Shown here: in pieces, positions 45,571-54,883 of the stretch
Layout of the letters: each line of letters begins with the position of its first letter
Numbering within the stretch: position 1 is the stretch's first letter
Virus record (IMG/VR): IMGVR_UViG_3300049215_000771
Span: 62,001-126,000 of that record
Strand: one strand, 5' to 3'
Length of the DNA stretch: 64,000 nt
Program-made: the position numbers and the translations under genes
Notes under the pieces: generated by a model
What the model saw: only the letters and a program-made list of their open reading frames with translations
Databases searched by the model: none
Told to the model about the DNA's origin: nothing

Positions 45571-46002
45571 ATGATGGACGTTTGCAACAACCGGAAGGCC
45601 CGCTATGATTACCATATCCTCGATACTGTCGAGGCGGGGATCGTATTGCAGGGCACTGAAGTCAAGGCTCTCCGGGCCAAACTTGCCTCATTGGAAGGTT
45701 CTTACGCCGTCATTCGTGACGGCGAAGTGTGGATGATTGGCTCTCATGTTGAAGAGTACGACCACGGCAACCATCACAACCACAACCCCAAGCGGGAGCG
45801 GAAGCTGTTGGTCAAGCGACACGACATCAAGAAACTTTCTGGTGAGGTTCGTGTGAAGGGAAAAACCCTCGTGCCCCTTCGCATTTACTTCTCCGGGCGC
45901 TGGGCCAAGGTGGAACTGGCGCTGGCGCAGGGCAAGCAGACGCACGATAAACGGCAAACCCTGAAAGAAAGGGAGCAGCGTAAGGAAATGAAGGGCTATT
46001 GA
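45571..46002 (+). CDS. smpB: SsrA-binding protein
   Basis: NRKARYDY, EAGIVLQGTEVK, RKLL, LVPL.IYF, GKQTHDKR. Confidence 0.95.
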   Translation: MMDVCNNRKARYDYHILDTVEAGIVLQGTEVKALRAKLASLEGSYAVIRDGEVWMIGSHVEEYDHGNHHNHNPKRERKLLVKRHDIKKLSGEVRVKGKTLVPLRIYFSGRWAKVELALAQGKQTHDKRQTLKEREQRKEMKGY

Positions 46003-46475
46003 TGGAGAATATGGATCGAATTGTCGAGGTATGTCAGCGCCTCAATTTTGAATCGGATAACTGGAATCTACGCTACGAATACGCTCAGTATTTTGAAGAT
46101 GCTGACATGGTGGAAGAATGCCTCGCCCAAAGGTGGATGGCCGACAATCAGAAATGTCCGGGTCCACCATGCGTTCAAGAAGCCCACCCAGGCGAGGCGA
46201 CCTGGTTTTCTGCGGAAAATAGGGAAGATATGCGGTGGTCTTTCCCTCATTTCGTTAAATGCGACAAGGTTGATAGGAAATGGTGTCTTCCTGTTGATAT
46301 TTTCAAAAGGCTGGATGGATTCATCACGGATCGGCGGGATGGAGGGTTTCACAACAAGTGGGCAAAATCTTGGAACAGTCGGACGGATGCGGAACTAGCC
46401 CTCGCTGCGGCCTTGCCACGAAGAAAAAGAAAGTTTCGGTCGATTGATGACAATTGGAGGGCGTCAGGTTGTTAG
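45999..46475 (+). CDS. hypothetical protein with C-terminal FRSIDD motif (TAG stop)
   Basis: Ends ...RKRKFRSIDDNWRASGC; motif at 46434-46451. Confidence 0.6.
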   Translation: MMENMDRIVEVCQRLNFESDNWNLRYEYAQYFEDADMVEECLAQRWMADNQKCPGPPCVQEAHPGEATWFSAENREDMRWSFPHFVKCDKVDRKWCLPVDIFKRLDGFITDRRDGGFHNKWAKSWNSRTDAELALAAALPRRKRKFRSIDDNWRASGC

Positions 46476-46529
46476 GAAATTACCATCAGCTACACTACCC
46501 TAATTAGTTCCTAATTATGGAGGTAGTAC

Positions 46530-47021
46530 ATGGCAAGGTATGGTAATATCTTTTTCCTTCCTGGCATTGTTAGGGTATCGTTTGAAGACCCAGCACCAGG
46601 CTTCTTAGAGGACAAGTTGACGAATGGTGAGGGCGTAACCATCACCACTGTCAACCAGCCCTGGGAAGATGGTGGTCAAGTGTTGGTTGTTTCTATGGCC
46701 CCTGGAGCGGGGTCTGGAAATGTTCTTACTTTGAGAACGCCTGGGGCGCAGGTTACTCCTGACGTTTCCACTGTTTTCATTGATGCGTCACAAGGGCCGG
46801 TCGAAGTGATCTTCCCTGAAGCTGCCGCATTCCTTGGTTCGTTTACCCTGGTTTGTTTGGATAACAGCAATCCCATCACGTTGCAATCTTCGTCGGGTTC
46901 GACGATTTTTGCCCCGGAGAACTTTGAGTTCCACACTGCTGGGGATGCTTTCATTTTCCAAAGCGACAGGGTTGGTGTCTGGTATGCAATATCCAGGTAC
47001 ACCGCAAACTGGTACGCATAA
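46530..47021 (+). CDS. beta-rich protein, possibly virion-associated
   Basis: GGAGGT RBS, AT-richer codons; VFIDASQGPVEVIFP...NPITL repeat-like module seen in fibre proteins. Confidence 0.4.
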   Translation: MARYGNIFFLPGIVRVSFEDPAPGFLEDKLTNGEGVTITTVNQPWEDGGQVLVVSMAPGAGSGNVLTLRTPGAQVTPDVSTVFIDASQGPVEVIFPEAAAFLGSFTLVCLDNSNPITLQSSSGSTIFAPENFEFHTAGDAFIFQSDRVGVWYAISRYTANWYA

Positions 47022-47663
47022 ATGAAGGAATATCCGAAGATTCTTGGTCCCTACGATGCAGCCCACGGACAACCGTGCATCGCATTCTACAAACTGGACG
47101 GCTCGAATCTTCGGTTTGAATGGAACCCGAAGTCGGGCTGGTACAAATTTGGAACCCGCCGACAATTGTTCCATCCCACTGATCCGGTCTATGGGTCGGC
47201 TGTGGAAATCTTTCTCCGAAAGTACGGCGATGGCTTAATCAAAGTCATACGAGAAAACTCCGCATATCGGAAGGTTGATGGCTTGATCGCTTATGCCGAG
47301 TTCTTCGGCCCGCATAGTTTCGCCGGCAAGCACGATGCCGAGTTTTTGGGTGTTGAATCCAATGACCCCAAAGATGTGGTGTTGTTCGACATCAATATCA
47401 ACAAGAAGGGTTTTGTCTCTCCAGAAAAATTTGTTGAGCATTTTGGGCATTTGCATATTCCCGAAGTGGTCTACCGTGGCCCATTTGACCGGGATTTCAC
47501 CGAGTCAATTCGCAACAATACCCTGGGCGTTCCACTCGTCGAGGGCGTCGTCGCTAAGGGCGGCGAAGGGCATAAACTCTGGATGAGGAAGGTCAAAACC
47601 CTCGCATATCTCAAAGAACTCAAAGAACGCCTGGGAACTGGCTGGGAGCAGTATTGGGAATGA
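47022..47663 (+). CDS. RNA ligase-like covalent nucleotidyltransferase
   Basis: FYKLDGSN, AYAEFFG, VLFDI, EGVVAK, KVKT. Confidence 0.75.
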   Translation: MKEYPKILGPYDAAHGQPCIAFYKLDGSNLRFEWNPKSGWYKFGTRRQLFHPTDPVYGSAVEIFLRKYGDGLIKVIRENSAYRKVDGLIAYAEFFGPHSFAGKHDAEFLGVESNDPKDVVLFDININKKGFVSPEKFVEHFGHLHIPEVVYRGPFDRDFTESIRNNTLGVPLVEGVVAKGGEGHKLWMRKVKTLAYLKELKERLGTGWEQYWE

Positions 47664-47664
47664 C

Positions 47665-47693
47665 TTTACAACCAGCCTCCGGGGTGGTACAAT
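47665..47693 (+). promoter_or_regulatory. sigma70-type promoter
   Basis: TTTACA-17-TACAAT. Confidence 0.7.
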
Positions 47694-47723
47694 CGGCCCT
47701 AGAATGGCGTTTTCGAGGTTCCC

Positions 47724-48074
47724 ATGCAACTGCTTTCCCTCCACCAACTGAGACAACTGCACACCAAACGGCTGTATTGGCTGTTTCGGCACGTCAGGTC
47801 CGTGGTGGAGTGTATGTGTGTTCCCGACTGGTCGGACGAGGAGCCTGATATTCGCTTGCCGGCCTACAAAGCCTACCTGGGCCGGATCAAGCAGGTGATT
47901 CAGGAGCGGCCCTACGTCAGCTTCAGCAAAAGCGCTGTGGCTCGCCGCCATCGTGAGAAACTTTCCAACCTCAAGGGCAACCGCAACCGGCCTCGAAACA
48001 AACAACACCGCAAGGCTGTGAAGTTTTCTCATGAGGAAACTTTCACGGCCTGGACTGATTCCTGGGGGATTTGA
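47724..48074 (+). CDS. basic hypothetical protein
   Basis: 116-aa ORF after the promoter. Confidence 0.55.
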   Translation: MQLLSLHQLRQLHTKRLYWLFRHVRSVVECMCVPDWSDEEPDIRLPAYKAYLGRIKQVIQERPYVSFSKSAVARRHREKLSNLKGNRNRPRNKQHRKAVKFSHEETFTAWTDSWGI

Positions 48075-48704
48075 ATGAACAGCATCACCTACGGCGAGAG
48101 CAACGTCGCCATCGTATGTCTGCCTGGCTCGTCACTCCCGGAGTTGGCTTTCGCCCTGGAATTTGCTTCCAACAACTTCTGTGGGCGTGGCATCTATCGC
48201 TGGGACGTTGAGCGAGAGCGTGGCGAAAGTGGAGCCTGTATCGTCAATCTTGTTTCCCTGATGCCAGACAACAAGCCTCGCCCGCTGAAGATCAGCCAGG
48301 TTGCCCAACTCGGTGGCGCAGTGCAGCAAGGCATCATCCCGGCCACTTTGCCGTTGAAGGAATCTTTCCGATTCGACAAGGAATCTCCCCGGCTCGCCAA
48401 GGATGGCCAACATCGGCAACGCAAGTTGTTCAGTTTCGTCAGCCCTGATGTTGGCTGGGCGGAAAGCATCATCGAGTCCCATGATATTGACCCCCACCAG
48501 ACCCTTTCGACATACTCCTTCGGGTTTGCTGATATGGTGGTGGGATTGTTCGCCCTGGGCGTCAAGAATCTGAAATATCAGATGACTCGTGGCACGACTC
48601 AGCTTTACATCAAACACAAGCTGACTGACGAGCAACTGATTCGTTACTTCCAGGCCAACGGGAACGATTATCCGATTGGCTGGACTGTTGAGAAACTTCC
48701 ATGA
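48075..48704 (+). CDS. hypothetical protein
   Basis: 209-aa ORF. Confidence 0.6.
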   Translation: MNSITYGESNVAIVCLPGSSLPELAFALEFASNNFCGRGIYRWDVERERGESGACIVNLVSLMPDNKPRPLKISQVAQLGGAVQQGIIPATLPLKESFRFDKESPRLAKDGQHRQRKLFSFVSPDVGWAESIIESHDIDPHQTLSTYSFGFADMVVGLFALGVKNLKYQMTRGTTQLYIKHKLTDEQLIRYFQANGNDYPIGWTVEKLP

Positions 48705-48982
48705 GGCTCAAGCCTGCTGGGAACGTGCTGATTAAGGTCGGCATCGTTCTTTTGATGATGTCGTTTGTCAACGCAACAATCGCCACGCTCCTTGGGATCG
48801 AAATTCCCTATTGGAAAGCCATCATTTACAACATCGGCCATTTTGCCACTGGTGGTCTTGTTGTTTATTTCGTCCTGATGGGTTCCATGAAGCAAATCGT
48901 TAGCAGGGAAGTGGATGAACTTCGTTGTAAGGGTTGTACACACCCGGCCTGTTACAAGAAGCAGAAGTACGAGTTGAATTGA
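48701..48982 (+). CDS. membrane protein
   Basis: Hydrophobic segments; ATGA overlap. Confidence 0.55.
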   Translation: MRLKPAGNVLIKVGIVLLMMSFVNATIATLLGIEIPYWKAIIYNIGHFATGGLVVYFVLMGSMKQIVSREVDELRCKGCTHPACYKKQKYELN

Positions 48983-49446
48983 TGAAACCTCGTTTCGACA
49001 TCGGCGAGAAGGTTGTGTGGGCTGTTGGTGAATCCGATCACACTTTTCGGCTCACCTACACTTCCCAGCCAATGATTGTTGCTGATATGTATTACCAGCA
49101 TCCGGTCCCAATCCCCAAGAATGGGGTGCAGAAGAAATTCCATGACGCTGGTTTCTGGCCACTGCTTCCTCCTGATTCTGCCGGCCTGATTTACGTTCTG
49201 CGGTACTGGAACGACAATCATAAGGAAACCTACAAATTCGTGATGCGGCCCGATTTGCAGGATGTCGATTACAACGAGTGTTTGATTCACGAAAAATGGC
49301 TTTGGCCGTATGAACACGAAGTAAAATTGTTGGCTTGTATCTTGTGGGAACGAGCCGGCAAACCAGAAGGTAGGGATTGGGAATTTTGGTTTGCCGCTGA
49401 AGCGTGGCAACAAGAACGGCGCATCCCATACACGGGGAGGAAATAA
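48982..49446 (+). CDS. hypothetical protein with C-terminal DUF2934-like motif
   Basis: LWERAGKPEGRDWEFWFAAE. Confidence 0.6.
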   Translation: MKPRFDIGEKVVWAVGESDHTFRLTYTSQPMIVADMYYQHPVPIPKNGVQKKFHDAGFWPLLPPDSAGLIYVLRYWNDNHKETYKFVMRPDLQDVDYNECLIHEKWLWPYEHEVKLLACILWERAGKPEGRDWEFWFAAEAWQQERRIPYTGRK

Positions 49447-49715
49447 TGGATCAGAATCCGATTTCGTACCACAGGTCGCCAGGCCGACGAGGGGAACCTT
49501 TGTTGGTTTTTGCTGCGCTCACCCAGGAATCTCCATCGCCGCCGCCCATCGACGACGCCCCGCCCTTGCACGTTTTCACCCTTTCCATCGGCATGATGAT
49601 CGGCAAGTTGTTGGAGCAGAAGAAATTCGCTCCGCAAGATGCCGTCGCCGCTGCCAATTGGATTGCCGGCAAGGAAACAGCCGAGGAAGTCATCAAACTT
49701 ATATGGAATCAGTGA
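49446..49715 (+). CDS. hypothetical protein
   Basis: GGAGG RBS; TAATG overlap. Confidence 0.55.
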   Translation: MDQNPISYHRSPGRRGEPLLVFAALTQESPSPPPIDDAPPLHVFTLSIGMMIGKLLEQKKFAPQDAVAAANWIAGKETAEEVIKLIWNQ

Positions 49716-49948
49716 TGAAGAAACGGGTCAAAGCACTGTTGTTGAGGTACTGGACTTGGTACAATAACTTGAACGAACCTTGGCGAATGTTGATGATGCT
49801 TCTGATGTGTTTGCCCTTGTTTGCTTCAACTATTGTCTCCGAGTTTGTCGAGATGCCGTACAGACCGTTCGTGATGATCGGGTGCGTTCTCGTCCCATTC
49901 GGCCTGATCTGTACCAGGTGGTGGGCACACTCTAAGGACAATCCATGA
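49715..49948 (+). CDS. membrane protein
   Basis: Two hydrophobic segments. Confidence 0.5.
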   Translation: MKKRVKALLLRYWTWYNNLNEPWRMLMMLLMCLPLFASTIVSEFVEMPYRPFVMIGCVLVPFGLICTRWWAHSKDNP

Positions 49949-50490
49949 AGAAGCCGAAGAAGAAAAAGACCAAGGTGACTACCAAGAAGACGCCTGCCTT
50001 TGCAAAGGCAAAGGCGACGGTGAAAGCAAAGGCCGCAGCCGCCAAGATTGTACCGATGGTGGGTGACGCTGAACTGCTGAAGCTGGCCTGTGAGTTCGAC
50101 CTGGGGCCATTTCCCATCAGCAACGGACGCTACAAGTGGTGGGAGAAGTTTCCCAGGGAAGCCCACAGGAACCATGTTTACGTCAAGAACATGGGCAACC
50201 CCAACAAGGAAGACGATCCTGCTGCGCCCGACCGCTGGGGCATTTTCATGGAGGGCATGTCTTCCTGTCTCAACAAGGAAGGCGAGTGGCAGCACCAGGG
50301 GATGCCGAGCGGTCGTCCCGACGACTTCTACGATAAGTGCCGGTACGATACCGTCCACGAGGCCATCGCCTACTACCGGCGCTGGTGCAAGGCGATCTGT
50401 GAGTGGGCGGAACAGAAAGTGGCAAGCGCTCCCAACAAGGACAAGGTGATCCTGAATTGGGACGAGTGCCCGGACATGCCGAAGTTCTAA
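49945..50490 (+). CDS. hypothetical protein with Lys/Ala-rich N-terminus
   Basis: MKKPKKKKTK...; ATGA overlap. Confidence 0.6.
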   Translation: MKKPKKKKTKVTTKKTPAFAKAKATVKAKAAAAKIVPMVGDAELLKLACEFDLGPFPISNGRYKWWEKFPREAHRNHVYVKNMGNPNKEDDPAAPDRWGIFMEGMSSCLNKEGEWQHQGMPSGRPDDFYDKCRYDTVHEAIAYYRRWCKAICEWAEQKVASAPNKDKVILNWDECPDMPKF

Positions 50491-50507
50491 CCCGAAAGGA
50501 ACGTCCA

Positions 50508-51317
50508 ATGGACGAGAAAACTCCCGATACGACAACTGAAATGAAGGCGAACCTGGGCAAGCCCACGGCCATCGTCTTCTCGTTCGACACCACCGGCTCG
50601 ATGCAGCCCTGTATCCAACAGGTCAGGCAGAAGTTGCGTGACCTTGTTGAGATGATGCGACAGGACATCCCTGACCTGCGCATCGGCCTCATCAGCCACG
50701 GCGACTACTGCGACGGCCCCAACGCCATCCACGTCCTCGATCTGACGACGGACCTGGAAAAGATCATGCAGTTCATCAACGAGACGCCCAACACGGGCGG
50801 CGGGGACGCCCCGGAATGCTACGAGTTGGCGCTGAACCGGGCCAACAGCATGTCCTGGCCCGCCGAGGGCGGCAGCCTGGTGTTGATCGGCGACGACGAG
50901 CCGCACGATCCCAACTACCCACAGAACACCGATCATCTGGACTGGCGGGAGGAAGTGAAGGCATTGAAGGCGAAGAAGGTCAACGTCTTCCCCCTGCAAT
51001 GCCTTCAGGCCGACTACAAGAAGGGTGCGAACCTGTTTTGGGAACAGGTTTCTGGCGAGGCTGGCACGCCGCTCCTGATCCTCGAAAACTTCAAGGATTC
51101 CGCCAGTACGCTGGAAGCCGCTGCCTATGCCGCTGGTTCGGCTGCGACAGGGGATGCCGCTTTGTACAAGGGCTACCTGGGCAAGTATGCCGCCGCCCCA
51201 GCCTGTGCTTTCGATGGCGAATCCGTGGGCAGTGCCGAGAATCTGTGTTCCAACCGTGGCAAGCTGGATGCCTGGACGGAGACGAACACCACAACGGATT
51301 CCAGCAAGACCGAGTAA
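50508..51317 (+). CDS. von Willebrand factor A domain protein
   Basis: FSFDTTGSM (MIDAS DxTxS), GDYCD, GGGDAPE, LIGDDEPH. Confidence 0.85.
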   Translation: MDEKTPDTTTEMKANLGKPTAIVFSFDTTGSMQPCIQQVRQKLRDLVEMMRQDIPDLRIGLISHGDYCDGPNAIHVLDLTTDLEKIMQFINETPNTGGGDAPECYELALNRANSMSWPAEGGSLVLIGDDEPHDPNYPQNTDHLDWREEVKALKAKKVNVFPLQCLQADYKKGANLFWEQVSGEAGTPLLILENFKDSASTLEAAAYAAGSAATGDAALYKGYLGKYAAAPACAFDGESVGSAENLCSNRGKLDAWTETNTTTDSSKTE

Positions 51318-51321
51318 GTGC

Positions 51322-51350
51322 TTTACAATCGTGGCACTTCGGGGTAGTAT
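51322..51350 (+). promoter_or_regulatory. sigma70-type promoter
   Basis: TTTACA-17-TAGTAT. Confidence 0.7.
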
Positions 51351-51356
51351 AGGCTC

Positions 51357-51995
51357 ATGATTGAGCGTTACCACTTCCCGAAGTGCCACCTGAATATCGG
51401 GCAGCACAAGACAATCGACGCTTCACTCCACCTGGAAGTGAAGACGAAAGTGGAAGATGAATACGCCGAACCCGACCCCACCGACAAGTCGGAAGATTAC
51501 ACTGACGGGGTTCGTGTGACAGGCGAGTTGGCGTTCGATTCCTGGCCTGTGGATATGAAACACCCCATCAGGAAGAACGCCATCGGCCAAATCACGATCA
51601 ATGACGCAGGGGACTCGACAAGGTTTAACGTGCTGTTCGTCGAAAAGAACGGCGAGAACACCCTGCTCAAAGATCACAACGTCATCAAGTTGAAAAGGTA
51701 CTTCTGGTTGGTTTTTGCCATCGGCAGGCCGGTCTGTGACGGGTTGGAAATCTTCCCGGACTGGTACAGGGGAAAACTCGTGAACAAAGTCTTCACTTGC
51801 ACCGACTTCCGTGGCATCTGGCCCATCGGTGTTTCTTCCGTTGTCGTGGCGAAGGACAAGATTCAGGGCAAGCATATGCTCATCGACGCCCTCAAAGCAG
51901 CAGGCGTCGATCAACCCGAAATCAATGACCTGACACTGCAAGAACTGGACCTGTCTCGTCCTGGCGCTGTGGTGTTGAACAGCGGCACCTACTGA
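51357..51995 (+). CDS. hypothetical protein
   Basis: 212-aa ORF; C-terminal FTCTDFRGIWPIGVSSVVVA module. Confidence 0.6.
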   Translation: MIERYHFPKCHLNIGQHKTIDASLHLEVKTKVEDEYAEPDPTDKSEDYTDGVRVTGELAFDSWPVDMKHPIRKNAIGQITINDAGDSTRFNVLFVEKNGENTLLKDHNVIKLKRYFWLVFAIGRPVCDGLEIFPDWYRGKLVNKVFTCTDFRGIWPIGVSSVVVAKDKIQGKHMLIDALKAAGVDQPEINDLTLQELDLSRPGAVVLNSGTY

Positions 51996-52357
51996 TGAAG
52001 CGTGAAAACGATCCTGTTAATTACACCTTCATCGACCCGAACATTCGTGGTCTGGTGAAAGTTCTCAACAGCCTGGAAGGTGTTCGGACGATGGGCTGTT
52101 GTGGCGGGCACAAGAACCCCGGCCCTACACAGCGACCCGCAGGACATTGGTTTGTGACGTTTTGGGTCTACAAACGTGGTCGTGCTACCACGCTTCCGAT
52201 GATCGAGGCATTTTGCAAACGCTACAAGTCCCTCAAACTGGATGGGCCGTACTTGTCGGGCATCAAGGCACAAAGGGGCTGGTATGCAATGGAGGGCACA
52301 GGCAATCCACAAGTAACAGAAGCAAGACTGCTTAGGGAGATCGGCGATGGACGATAA
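51995..52357 (+). CDS. hypothetical protein, Tyw3-like motif
   Basis: IDPNIRGLVKVLNSLEGVRTMGCCGGH. Confidence 0.5.
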   Translation: MKRENDPVNYTFIDPNIRGLVKVLNSLEGVRTMGCCGGHKNPGPTQRPAGHWFVTFWVYKRGRATTLPMIEAFCKRYKSLKLDGPYLSGIKAQRGWYAMEGTGNPQVTEARLLREIGDGR

Positions 52358-52739
52358 GGCTGGGGCCAACCCTTACTTTGGCAAGGCGTGGAATTGCAAC
52401 ATCGAAAAATACCACCCGCAGACGGAAACGCCTGTTGGGACGCCTTGCTCGTATTGTGACGAAGAAATCGTGGAGGGCGACCAGGGATTCATCATCCCGC
52501 ATGGTGAAGCCATTACGCAAAACCAAGAAGGTGTCTTCGATCAGATGGTTGCGGTGTTCCGCCCCGTCCATCTCGATTGCTTCCTCCGACAAATCTTCGG
52601 GTCTGTTGGGCATCAGAAGAAAACCTGTTCGTGTTTCGGCGGCACTGAAGAAGACCCGCCCGGCATGACGAAACGTGAAGCAGCTTCGGCGGCAGTGAGA
52701 ATGTACGAGTCCCAATATCTGCGAGGAGTTCCACAGTGA
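52347..52739 (+). CDS. Cys/His-containing hypothetical protein
   Basis: CSYC, HLDC, CSC. Confidence 0.6.
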   Translation: MDDKAGANPYFGKAWNCNIEKYHPQTETPVGTPCSYCDEEIVEGDQGFIIPHGEAITQNQEGVFDQMVAVFRPVHLDCFLRQIFGSVGHQKKTCSCFGGTEEDPPGMTKREAASAAVRMYESQYLRGVPQ

Positions 52740-54817
52740 ACAGCGTGAAATTGTACAGCAACGGCACGGCGGTCATTTCCCGGCAATACAAGCTGGAGAA
52801 AGGTCCGAACAAGATTTCCATCCCCGTCCGCAAGGACGACCTGGATGAAGTCGTCGCCAGTGTGGGCGTGTTCGGCAACGTCACCACGCCTGTCCCGCCG
52901 AGCTACACCCCCGTCAACGCCAAGGACACGAAGCTGGACATCAACCCGGCCAGTGCCCTGAAGGACACGGCCACCAAGCTGGCCGGCAGTCAGGTCGGCA
53001 TCACCAAGGCCAGCGGTCCCGCCGTTTACGGCACGCTCGTCGGTGTCCACACCTACGAGGAAACCAACGCCAACGGCATGACGACCGAGCGCCTGAAGGT
53101 CGTTGTGCAGACCGAGAACGGCATCCAGATGGTCGCCGAGAACGACATCAGCTTCCTCAAGTTCACGGACCCGGCCACGCAGGACGAGTACAACAAGGCG
53201 CTGGCGGCTTCTTACCAGAAGATCAAGCCCGACAGCAGCTTCGTGGACCTGACCATCGTGCCGAACGAGGACAACGTGAAGTCGGCGGTGGTCGGCTACG
53301 CCACGCCGGTCGCCGCCTGGAAGCCCCGCTATCAGTTGCGGTCCACCAACGGCGTGTGGGAACTTCAATCCGAGGCGGTCGTGGACAACGACACGGACGA
53401 TGCCTGGCTGGATTCCATCATCTCCGTCATCACGGGCGAACCCATCACCTTCCAGACCGATCTGGCGGAAATCCGTCGTCCGGCTCGCACCAGGGTCAAC
53501 GTCGTCAGCGATCAGGCCCAGGGCGCTGTTGGCGTCGAAGACACCGTGGCCCGTGCCAAGGTCGCCAACGTCCGTGCCCGTGGTGGGGCGGCGATGAGGC
53601 TCCAGTCGCTCGGTGCCCCCGTGCCGGCAGCGGCGATGGGGTTTGCTGCCGAGTCCCTGGAAGACGGCGAGTACGAAGCAGCAGGTGGCAGCGCCAACTA
53701 CTGTGCCGATTCCATCGAAGTGAAGCGACAGGCCGACGCTCCGCAGGCCGAGGTTCGGGAGAGCGGCGATTTCTCCATCTTCACGTCGCCGAATCCCGTC
53801 AGCATCGCCTCCAAGAAGTCGGGCATCATCCCGATGTTCCGTGCTTTCTTGCAGGAGGCGAAAACCGTCCTGGTCTACAACAAGAAGAACCATCCGACCC
53901 GTCCGTTCCGGGCGCTGGAAATCGTCAACGAGACGAAGCACCCGCTCGGCAAGGGCGTGTGTGAAATCTACCTGGACGGCGATTTCCAGGGCAAGTCCAT
54001 CCTGGAAGCCACAGGACCGGGCCAGCCCGCTTTCCTGGTTCACGCCAAGGAAACCGGCGTGAAGTGCCACGCCACTGAGGGCCAGGTGGAGAGCCGGCGT
54101 GTCGGCATCAAGATCAAGGATGGCGTCGTGACCTGTGAGCAGGCCAGCCGCACCGAGACGACTTACACCGTCACCAACAACAAGAACGAGCCGTTCACCT
54201 ACAACATCGAACACGCTCGTCGGCTGCCCCACTCCAAGTGTGGCGTCGAGGTCAGCGAAGGTGAAGCGAAGGTTTCCGACACGCCTTCCGGCTGGCGGAT
54301 CACCCTTTCGCTGCCGGCCTTCACTGGCCCGAAAACGGGCGAAGTCGAAGTGACCATCACCGAGAACTCCGTCGATGCCCAGGCGTGGGGTATCAACAAC
54401 GGCAACGGCCCGCTGTGGATTCAGCAGAACATCATCGCCGTCAAGAACCCGCTGTCCCGCAACGGCGGCATCAAGAAGATCATCGACTTGCAGGCGAAGG
54501 TGGACGATCTCGACAGCCAGATCGAGGAGGCCGAGGAACGGGAGGAGACGCTGACGAAGGAGCAGGAGAACTTGCTCAAGCTGATCCCGAACGGCCACGC
54601 TGACCAGGCCAACGAGTGGAAAACGGAACTCGGCACCAACAAGGCCGATCTGAAGACCCTCCAGCGGGAGACGCTGCCGGGCCTGAAGAAGCAACAGCGT
54701 GAGGCGACTCAGGCCGTTCAGGAAGCCTTGAACGATCTCGTCGCCAACTGGTCCGAGAAGGTCAAGGACAACGGCAACAACGAGCCGGTTGGGGCCGGCG
54801 CTGCTTCCGAGCAGTAA
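52736..54817 (+). CDS. DUF4139/DUF4140-like protein with C-terminal coiled coil
   Basis: VKLYSNG, AAWKPRYQL, AVVDNDT.DAW....SVITGEP, PVSIASKKSGIIP. Confidence 0.7.
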   Translation: MNSVKLYSNGTAVISRQYKLEKGPNKISIPVRKDDLDEVVASVGVFGNVTTPVPPSYTPVNAKDTKLDINPASALKDTATKLAGSQVGITKASGPAVYGTLVGVHTYEETNANGMTTERLKVVVQTENGIQMVAENDISFLKFTDPATQDEYNKALAASYQKIKPDSSFVDLTIVPNEDNVKSAVVGYATPVAAWKPRYQLRSTNGVWELQSEAVVDNDTDDAWLDSIISVITGEPITFQTDLAEIRRPARTRVNVVSDQAQGAVGVEDTVARAKVANVRARGGAAMRLQSLGAPVPAAAMGFAAESLEDGEYEAAGGSANYCADSIEVKRQADAPQAEVRESGDFSIFTSPNPVSIASKKSGIIPMFRAFLQEAKTVLVYNKKNHPTRPFRALEIVNETKHPLGKGVCEIYLDGDFQGKSILEATGPGQPAFLVHAKETGVKCHATEGQVESRRVGIKIKDGVVTCEQASRTETTYTVTNNKNEPFTYNIEHARRLPHSKCGVEVSEGEAKVSDTPSGWRITLSLPAFTGPKTGEVEVTITENSVDAQAWGINNGNGPLWIQQNIIAVKNPLSRNGGIKKIIDLQAKVDDLDSQIEEAEEREETLTKEQENLLKLIPNGHADQANEWKTELGTNKADLKTLQRETLPGLKKQQREATQAVQEALNDLVANWSEKVKDNGNNEPVGAGAASEQ

Positions 54818-54826
54818 TACCCAGGT

Positions 54827-54867
54827 AACACCCTGGCTGCGCCGCCTTCGCAGCCAGGGTGTTTTTG
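54827..54867 (+). terminator. intrinsic terminator
   Basis: AACACCCTGGCTGCG...CGCAGCCAGGGTGTTTTTG. Confidence 0.85.
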
Positions 54868-54883
54868 TTTCTGGAGTTTCAAC

